NCBI RefSeq assembly: GCF_009914755.1
Contig: NC_060941.1
DNA from: the human T2T-CHM13v2.0 reference genome, Homo sapiens
Direction: 5' to 3' (one strand)
Length of the DNA stretch: 64,000 nucleotides
The translations under genes and the position numbers were made by a program. Position 1 is the first letter of the stretch, and each line of letters opens with the position of its first letter. Of the stretch, positions 55,871 through 64,000 are shown piece by piece. The notes under the pieces were generated by a model. The model did not search any database and was not told where the DNA came from. It saw only the letters and a program-made list of their open reading frames with translations.

Positions 55871-58800
55871 GAATTCGTTGGAAACGGGATAATTTCAGCT
55901 GACTAAACAGAAGCAGTCTCAGAATCTTCTTTGTGATGTTTGCATTCAAATCCCAGAGTTGAACTTTCCTTTCAAAGTTCACGTTTGAAACACTCTTTTT
56001 GCAGGATCTACAAGTGGATATTTGGACCACTCTGTGTCCTTCGTTCGAAACGGGTATATCTTCACATGACATCTAGACAGAAGCATTCTCAGAAGCTTCT
56101 CTGTGATGACTGCATTCAACTCACGGAGTTGAACACTCCTTTTGAGAGCGCAGTTTTGAAACTCTCTTTCTGTGGCATCTGCAAGGGGACATGTAGACCT
56201 CTTTGAAGATTTCGTTGGAAACGGAATCATCTTCACATAAAAACTATACAGATGCATTCTCAGGAACTTTTTGGTGATGTTTGTATTCAACTCCCAGAGT
56301 TGAACTTTCCTTTGGAAAGAGCAGCTATGACACACTCTTTTTCTAGAATCTGCAAGTGGACGTTTGCAGGGCTTTGTGGTTTGTGGTGGAAAAGGAAATA
56401 TCTTCACCTAAATACTAGATAGAAGCATTCTCAGAAACTACTTTGTGATGATTGCATTCACCTCACAGAGTTCAACATTCCTATTGATAGAGCAGTTTGG
56501 AAACACTCTTGTTGTGGAATGTGCAAGTGGAGATTTGGAGCGCTTTGAGGCCTATGGTAGTAAAGGGAATAGCTTTATAGAAAAACTAGACAGAAGCATT
56601 CTCAGAAAATACTTTGTGATGATTGAGTTTAACTCACAGAGCTGAACATTCCTTTGGATGGAGCAGGTTTGAGACACACTTTTTGTAGAATCTACAAGTG
56701 GATATTTGGACCTCTCTGAGGATTTCGTTGGAAACGCGATAACTGCACCTAACTAAACGGAAGCATTCTCAGAAACTTCTTGGTGATGTTTGCATTCAAA
56801 TCCCAGAGTTGAACCTTCCTGTGATAGTTCAGGTTTGAAACACTCTTTTTGTAGGATCTGCAAGTGGATATTTGGACCACTCTGTGGCCTTCGTTCGAAA
56901 CGGGTACATCTTCACATAAAATCTAGACAGAAGCCTTCTCAGAAACTTCTCTGTGATGATTGCATTCAACTCACAGATTTGAACCCTCCTATGGATAGAG
57001 CATTGTTGAAACTCTCTTTTTGTGGAATCTGCAAGTGGATATGTGGACCTCTCCGAAGATGTCTTTGGAAACGGGAATATCTTCACATAAAAACTAAACA
57101 GAAGCATTCTCAGAAACTTCTCTGTGATGTTTGTGTTCAACTCCCAGATTTTCACATTGCTTTTCATAGAGTAGTTCTGAAACATGCTTTTCGTAGTGTC
57201 TGCAAGTGGACATTTGGAGCGCTTTCAGGCCTGTGGTGGAAAACGAATTATGGTCCCATAAAAACTGGAGAGAAGCATTGTCAGAAACTTCTTTGTGACG
57301 ATTGCATTCAACTCACAGAGATGAAGGTTCCTTTACAAACAGCAGTTTCCAAACACTCTTTCTGTGGAATCTGCAAGTGGATATTTGGACCTCTTTGAAG
57401 ATTTCGTTGGAAACGGGAGAATCTTCACAGAAAAGCTAAACAGAAGCATTCTCAGAAACTTCTTTGTGATGCTTGCATTCAACTCACAGAGTTGAACTTT
57501 CCTTTCGAGAGAGAAGCTTTGAAACACTCTTTTTCCAGAATCTGCAAGTGGACATTTGGAGGGCTTTGAGGCCTGTGGTGGAAAAGGAATTATCTTCCCG
57601 TAAAAGCTAGACAGAAGCATTCTCAGAAACTACTTTGTGATGATTGCATTCAAGTCACAGAGTTGAACATTCCCTTTGACAGAGCAGTTTGGAAACTCTC
57701 TTTGTGTAGAATCTGCAAGTGGAGATATGGACCGCTTTGAGGCCTATGGTAGTAAAGGAAATAGCTTCATATAAAAGCTAGACAGTAGCATTCACAGAAA
57801 ACTCATGGTGACGAATGAGTTTAACTCACAGAGCTGAACATTCCTTTGGATGGAGCAGTTTCGAAACACACTATTTGTAGAATGTGCAAGTGGATATTTG
57901 GGCCTCTCTGAGGATTTCGTTGGAAACGGGATAAACCGCACAGACCTAAACAGAAGCATTCTCAGAACCTTCTTCGTGATGTTTGCATTCAACTCACAGT
58001 GTTGAACCTTTCTTTGATAGTTCAGGTTTGAAACGGTCTTTCTGTAGAAACTGCAAGTAGATATTTGGACCTCTCTGAGGATTTCGTTGGAAACGGGATA
58101 ACCCGCAAAGAACTAAAACAGAAGAATTCTCAGAACCCTCTTCGTGATGTTTGCATTCAACTCACAGTGCTGAACCTTTCTTTGATAGTTCAGCTTTGAA
58201 ACACTCTTTTTGTAGAAACTGCAAGTGGATATTTGGTCCTCTCTGAGGATTTCGTTGGAAACGGGATAAAACGCACAGAACTAAACAGAAGCATTCTCAG
58301 AACCTTCTTCGTGATGTTTGCATTCAACTCACAGTGTTGAACCTTTCTTTGATAGTTCAGGTTTGAAACGGTCTTTCTGTAGAAACTGCAAGTAGATATT
58401 TGGACCTCTCTGAGGATTTCGTTGGAAACGGGATAAACCCCACAGAACTAAAACAGAAGCATTCTCAGAACCCTCTTCGTGATGTTTGCATTCAACTCAC
58501 AGTGCTGAACCTTTCTTTGATAGTTCAGCTTTGAAACACTCTTCTTGTAGAAACTGCAAGTGGATATTTGGTCCTCTCTGAGGATTTCGTTGGAAACGGG
58601 ATAAACCGCACAGAACTAAACAGAAGCATTCTCAGAACCTTCTTCGTGATGTCTGCATTCAACTCACAGTGTGGAACCTTTCTTTGATAGTTCAGGTTTG
58701 AAACACTCTTTTTGTAGAAACTGCAAGGGGATAATTGCACTTCTTTGAGGCCTACCGTAGTAAAGGAAATAACTTCCTATAGAAAGAAGACAGAAGCTTT

Positions 58801-58920
58801 CTCAGAAAATTCTTTGGGATGATTGAGTGGAACTCACAGAGCTGAACATTCCTTGCGATGTAGCAGTTTAGAAACACACTTTCTGCAGAATCTGCAAGTG
58901 CATATTTGGACCTCTCTGAG
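55871..58920 (+). repeat. 18-mer HOR structural variant (3050 bp)
   Basis: Conserved EcoRI spacing 55871 to 58921 is 3050 = 2715+335. The 168+167 bp monomer pair is present twice (starts 57957/58125 and 58292/58460). Confidence 0.93.
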
Positions 58921-61900
58921 GAATTCGTTGGAAACGGGATAATTTCAGCTGACTAAACAGAAGCAGTCTCAGAATCTTCTTTGTGATGTTTGCATTCAAA
59001 TCCCAGAGTTGAACTTTCCTTTCAAAGTTCACGTTTGAAACACTCTTTTTGCAGGATCTACAAGTGGATATTTGGACCACTCTGTGTCCTTCGTTCGAAA
59101 CGGGTATATCTTCACATGACATCTAGACAGAAGCATTCTCAGAAGCTTCTCTGTGATGACTGCATTCAACTCACGGAGTTGAACACTCCTTTTGAGAGCG
59201 CAGTTTTGAAACTCTCTTTCTGTGGCATCTGCAAGGGGACATGTAGACCTCTTTGAAGATTTCGTTGGAAACGGAATCATCTTCACATAAAAACTATACA
59301 GATGCATTCTCAGGAACTTTTTGGTGATGTTTGTATTCAACTCCCAGAGTTGAACTTTCCTTTGGAAAGAGCAGCTATGAAACACTCTTTTTCTAGAATC
59401 TGCAAGTGGACGTTTGGAGGGCTTTGTGGTTTGTGGTGGAAAAGGAAATATCTTCACCTAAATACTAGATAGAAGCATTCTCAGAAACTGCTTTGTGATG
59501 ATTGCATTCACCTCACAGAGTTGAACATTCCTATTGATAGAGCAGTTTGGAAACACTCTTGTTGTGGAATGTGCAAGTGGAGATTTGGAGCGCTTTGAGG
59601 CCTATGGTAGTAAAGGGAATAGCTTCATAGAAAAACTAGACAGAAGCATTCTCAGAAAATACTTTGTGACGATTGAGTTTAACTCACAGAGCTGAACATT
59701 CCTTTGGATGGAGCAGGTTTGAGACACACTTTTTGTAGAATCTACAAGTGGATATTTGGACCTCTCTGAGGATTTCGTTGGAAACGCGATAACTGCACCT
59801 AAATAAACGGAAGCATTCTCAGAAACTTCTTGGTGATGTTTGCATTCAAATCCCAGAGTTGAACCTTCCTGTGATAGTTCAGGTTTGAAACACTCTTTTT
59901 GTAGGATCTGCAAGTGGATATTTGGACCACTCTGTGGCCTTCATTCGAAACGGGTACATCTTCACATAAAATCTAGACACAAGCCTTCTCAGAAACTTCT
60001 CTGTGATGATTGCATTCAACTCACAGAGTTGAACCCTCCTATGGATAGAGCATTGTTGAAACTCTCTTTTTGTGGAATCTGCAAGTGGATATCTGGACCT
60101 CTCCGAAGATGTCTTTGGAAACGGGAATATCTTCACATAAAAACTAAACAGAAGCATTCTCAGAAACTTCTCTGTGATGTTTGTGTTCAACTCCCAGAGT
60201 TTCACATTGCTTTTCATAGAGTAGTTCTGAAACATGCTTTTCGTAGTGTCTGCAAGTGGACATTTGGAGCGCTTTCAGGCCTGTGGTGGAAAACGAATTA
60301 TGGTCCCATAAAAACTGGAGAGAAGCATTGTCAGAAACTTCTTTGTGATGATTGCATTCAACTCACAGAGATGAAGGTTCCTTTACAAACAGCAGTTTCC
60401 AAACACTCTTTCTGTGGAATCTGCAAGTGGATATTTGGACCTCATTGAAGATTTCATTGGAAACGGGAGAATCTTCACAGAAAAGCTAAACAGAAGCATT
60501 CTCAGAAACTTCTTTGTGATGCTTGCATTCAACTCACAGAGTTGAACTTTCCTTTCGAGAGAGAAGCTTTGAAACACTCTTTTTCCAGAATCTGCAAGTG
60601 GACATTTGGAGGGCTTTGAGGCCTGTGGTGGAAAAGGAATTAACTTCCCGTAAAAGCTAGATAGAAGCATTCTCAGAAACTACTTTGTGATGATTGCATT
60701 CAAGTCACAGAGTTGAACATTCCCTTTGACAGAGCAGTTTGGAAACTCTCTTTGTGTAGAATCTGCAAGTGGAGATATGGACCGCTTTGAGGCCTATGGT
60801 AGTAAAGGAAATAGCTTCATATAAAAGCTAGACAGTAGCATTCACAGAAAACTCTTGGTGACGACTGAGTTTAACTCACAGAGCTGAACATTCCTTTGGA
60901 TGGAGCAGTTTCGAAACACACTATTTTTAGAATGTGCAAGTGGATATTTGGGCCTCTCTGAGGATTTCCTTGGAAACGGGATAAACCGCACAGAACTAAA
61001 CAGAAGCATTCTCAGAACCTTCTTCGTGATGTTTGCATTCAACTCACAGTGTTGAACCTTTCTTTGATAGTTCAGGTTTGAAACGGTCTTTCTGTAGAAA
61101 CTGCAAGTAGATATTTGGACCTCTCTGAGGATTTCGTTGGAAACGGGATAAACCGCACAGAACTAAAACAGAAGCATTCTCAGAACCCTCTTCGTGATGT
61201 TTGCATTCAACTCACAGTGCTGAACCTTTCTTTGATAGTTCAGCTTTGAAACACTCTTCTTGTAGAAACTGCAAGTGGATATTTGGTCCTCTCTGAGGAT
61301 TTCGTTGGAAACGGGATAAACCGCACAGAACTAAACAGAAGCATTCTCAGAACCTTCTTCGTGATGTCTGCATTCAACTCACAGTGTGGAACCTTTCTTT
61401 GATAGTTCAGGTTTGAAACACTCTTTTTGTAGAAACTGCAAGGGGATAATTGCACTTCTTTGAGGCCTACCGTAGTAAAGGAAATAACTTCCTATAGAAA
61501 GAAGACAGAAGCTTTCTCAGAAAATTCTTTGGGATGATTGAGTGGAACTCACAGAGCTGTACATTCCTTGCGATGTAGCAGTTTAGAAACACACTTTCTG
61601 CAGAATCTGCAAGTGCATATTTGGACCTCTCTGAGGAATTCGTTGGAAACGGGATAATTTCAGCTGACTAAACAGAAGCAGTCTCAGAATCTTCTTTGTG
61701 ATGTTTGCATTCAAATCCCAGAGTTGAACTTTCCTTTCAAAGTTCACGTTTGAAACACTCTTTTTGCAGGATCTACAAGTGGATATTTGGACCACTCTGT
61801 GTCCTTCGTTCGAAACGGGTATATCTTCACATGACATCTAGACAGAAGCATTCTCAGAAGCTTCTCTGTGATGACTGCATTCAACTCACGGAGTTGAACA

Positions 61901-64000
61901 CTCCTTTTGAGAGCGCAGTTTTGAAACTCTCTTTCTGTGGCATCTGCAAGGGGACATGTAGACCTCTTTGAAGATTTCGTTGGAAACGGAATCATCTTCA
62001 CATAAAAACTATACAGATGCATTCTCAGGAACTTTTTGGTGATGTTTGTATTCAACTCCCAGAGTTGAACTTTCCTTTGGAAAGAGCAGCTATGAAACAC
62101 TCTTTTTCTAGAATCTGCAAGTGGACGTTTGGAGGGCTTTGTGGTTTGTGGTGGAAAAGGAAATATCTTCACCTAAATACTAGATAGAAGCATTCTCAGA
62201 AACTGCTTTGTGATGATTGCATTCACCTCACAGAGTTGAACATTCCTATTGATAGAGCAGTTTGGAAACACTCTTGTTGTGGAATGTGCAAGTGGAGACT
62301 TGGAGCGTTTTGAGGCCTATGGTAGTAAAGGGAATAGCTTCATAGAAAAACTAGACAGAAGCATTCTCAGAAAATACTTTGTGATGATTGAGTTTAACTC
62401 ACAGAGCTGAACATTCCTTTGGATGGAGCAGGTTTGAGACACACTTTTTGTAGAATCTACAAGTGGATATTTGGACCTCTCTGAGGATTTCTTTGGAAAC
62501 GCGATAACTGCACCTAATTAAACGGAAGCATTCTCAGAAACTTCTTGGTGATGTTTGCATTCAAATCCCAGAGTTGAACCTTCCTTTGATAGTTCAGGTT
62601 TGAAACACTCTTTTTGTAGGATCTGCAAGTGGATATTTGGACCACTCTGTGGCCTTCGTTCGAAACGGGTACATCTTCGCATAAAATCTAGACAGAAGCC
62701 TTCTCAGAAACTTCTCTGTGATGATTGCATTCAACTCACAGAGTTGAACCCTCCTATGGATAGAGCATTGTTGAAACTCTCTTTTTGTGGAATCTGCAAG
62801 TGGATATGTGGACCTCTCCGAAGATGTCTTTGGAAACGGGAATATCTTCACATAAAAACTAAACAGAAGCATTCTCAGAAACTTCTCTGTGATGTTTGTG
62901 TTCAACTCCCAGAGTTTCACATTGCTTTTCATAGAGTAGTTCTGAAACATGCTTTTCGTAGTGTCTGCAAGTGGACATTTGGAGCGCTTTCAGGCCTGTG
63001 GTGGAAAACGAATTATGGTCCCATAAAAACTGGAGAGAAGCATTGTCAGAAACTTCTTTGTGATGATTGCATTCAACTCACGGAGATGAAGGTTCCTTTA
63101 CAAACAGCAGTTTCCAAACACTCTTTCTGTGGAATCTGCAAGTGGATATTTGGACCTCTTTGAAGATTTCGTTGGAAACGGGAGAATCTTCACAGAAAAG
63201 CTAAACAGAAGCATTCTCAGAAACTTCTTTGTGATGCTTGCATTCAACTCACAGAGTTGAACTTTCCTTTCGAGAGAGAAGCTTTGAAACACTCTTTTTC
63301 CAGAATCTGCAAGTGGACATTTGGAGGGCTTTGAGGCCTGTGGTGGAAAAGGAATTAACTTCCCGTAAAAGCTAGATAGAAGCATTCTCAGAAACTACTT
63401 TGTGATGATTGCATTCAAGTCACAGAGTTGAACATTCCCTTTGACAGAGCAGTTTGGAAACTCTCTTTGTGTAGAATCTGCAAGTGGAGATATGGACCGC
63501 TTTGAGGCCTATGGTAGTAAAGGAAATAGCTTCATATAAAAGCTAGACAGTAGCATTCACAGAAAACTCTTGGTGACGACTGAGTTTAACTCACAGAGCT
63601 GAACATTCCTTTGGATGGAGCAGTTTCGAAACACACTATTTGTAGAATGTGCAAGTGGATATTTGGGCCTCTCTGAGGATTTCGTTGGAAACGGGATAAA
63701 CCGCACAGAACTAAACAGAAGCATTCTCAGAACCTTCTTCGTGATGTTTGCATTCAACTCACAGTGTTGAACCTTTCTTTGATAGTTCAGGTTTGAAACG
63801 GTCTTTCTGTAGAAACTGCAAGTAGATATTTGGGCCTCTCTGAGGATTTCGTTGGAAACGGGATAACCCGCACAGAACTAAAACAGAAGCATTCTCAGAA
63901 CCCTCTTCGTGATGTTTGCATTCAACACACAGTGCTGAACCTTTCTTTGATAGTTCAGCTTTGAAACACTCTTCTTGTAGAAACTGCAAGTGGATATTTG

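Larger units (their letters stand above)
1..64000 (+). repeat. Centromeric alpha-satellite higher-order repeat array, 16-mer of 2715 bp, most likely human chr17 D17Z1 (SF3)
   Basis: Tandem ~171-bp monomers with alpha-satellite hallmarks (CATTCTCAGAAACTTCTTTGTGATG, TGCAAGTGGATATTTGG, CENP-B boxes). The ORF track repeats every 2715 bp. A conserved EcoRI site (GAATTC) occurs at 1740, 4455, 7170, 9716, 12431 ... 55871, 58921, 61636. A ~2.7-kb EcoRI 16-mer is the established D17Z1 unit. Alpha-satellite identity is near certain; the chromosome assignment is from recalled knowledge. Confidence 0.95.

Noticed and set aside
1-64000. CRISPR-like array or other prokaryotic defence system
   Set aside because: There are no unique spacers, the entire monomer is repeated, and no cas or other genes are present. 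The sequence is primate centromeric satellite.
1-64000. Transposon insertion (Alu/L1/LTR), inversion or non-satellite island
   Set aside because: All spacing deviations are explained by whole-monomer loss or gain plus two 1-bp deletions. I saw no poly-A tails or foreign sequence, and all monomers are in the same orientation.
1-64000. Possibility that this is a computationally modelled centromere (GRCh38-style Markov model) rather than a real assembly
   Set aside because: Rare SNVs stay linked over kilobases and recur in 1- and 2-HOR duplications, which a short-memory monomer model should not reproduce. It is not formally excluded without provenance.

Overview
The whole 64-kb window is one uninterrupted, single-orientation array of primate alpha-satellite DNA (167-171 bp monomers). 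It is organised as a 16-monomer, 2715-bp higher-order repeat (HOR) with one conserved EcoRI site per unit. This architecture matches human chromosome 17 D17Z1 (suprachromosomal family 3); the assignment rests on recalled family knowledge, not a database search. There are about 23.5 HOR copies. Of 22 complete EcoRI-to-EcoRI intervals, 20 are 2715 bp, one is a 2546-bp 15-mer (7170-9715) and one is a 3050-bp 18-mer (55871-58920). I see no genes, RNA genes, transposons, inversions or CRISPR arrays; every listed ORF is a by-product of the repeat. I cannot support a new gene-encoded system here. What deserves a second look is internal to the satellite: copy-number variants at a hotspot of near-identical monomers, patches of a divergent HOR haplotype, nested 1-, 2- and possibly 5-HOR duplication periodicities, a polymorphic CENP-B box, and a 5-box CENP-B cluster next to a ~2-kb CENP-B-box gap. 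All variant positions were read by eye and need an alignment to confirm.
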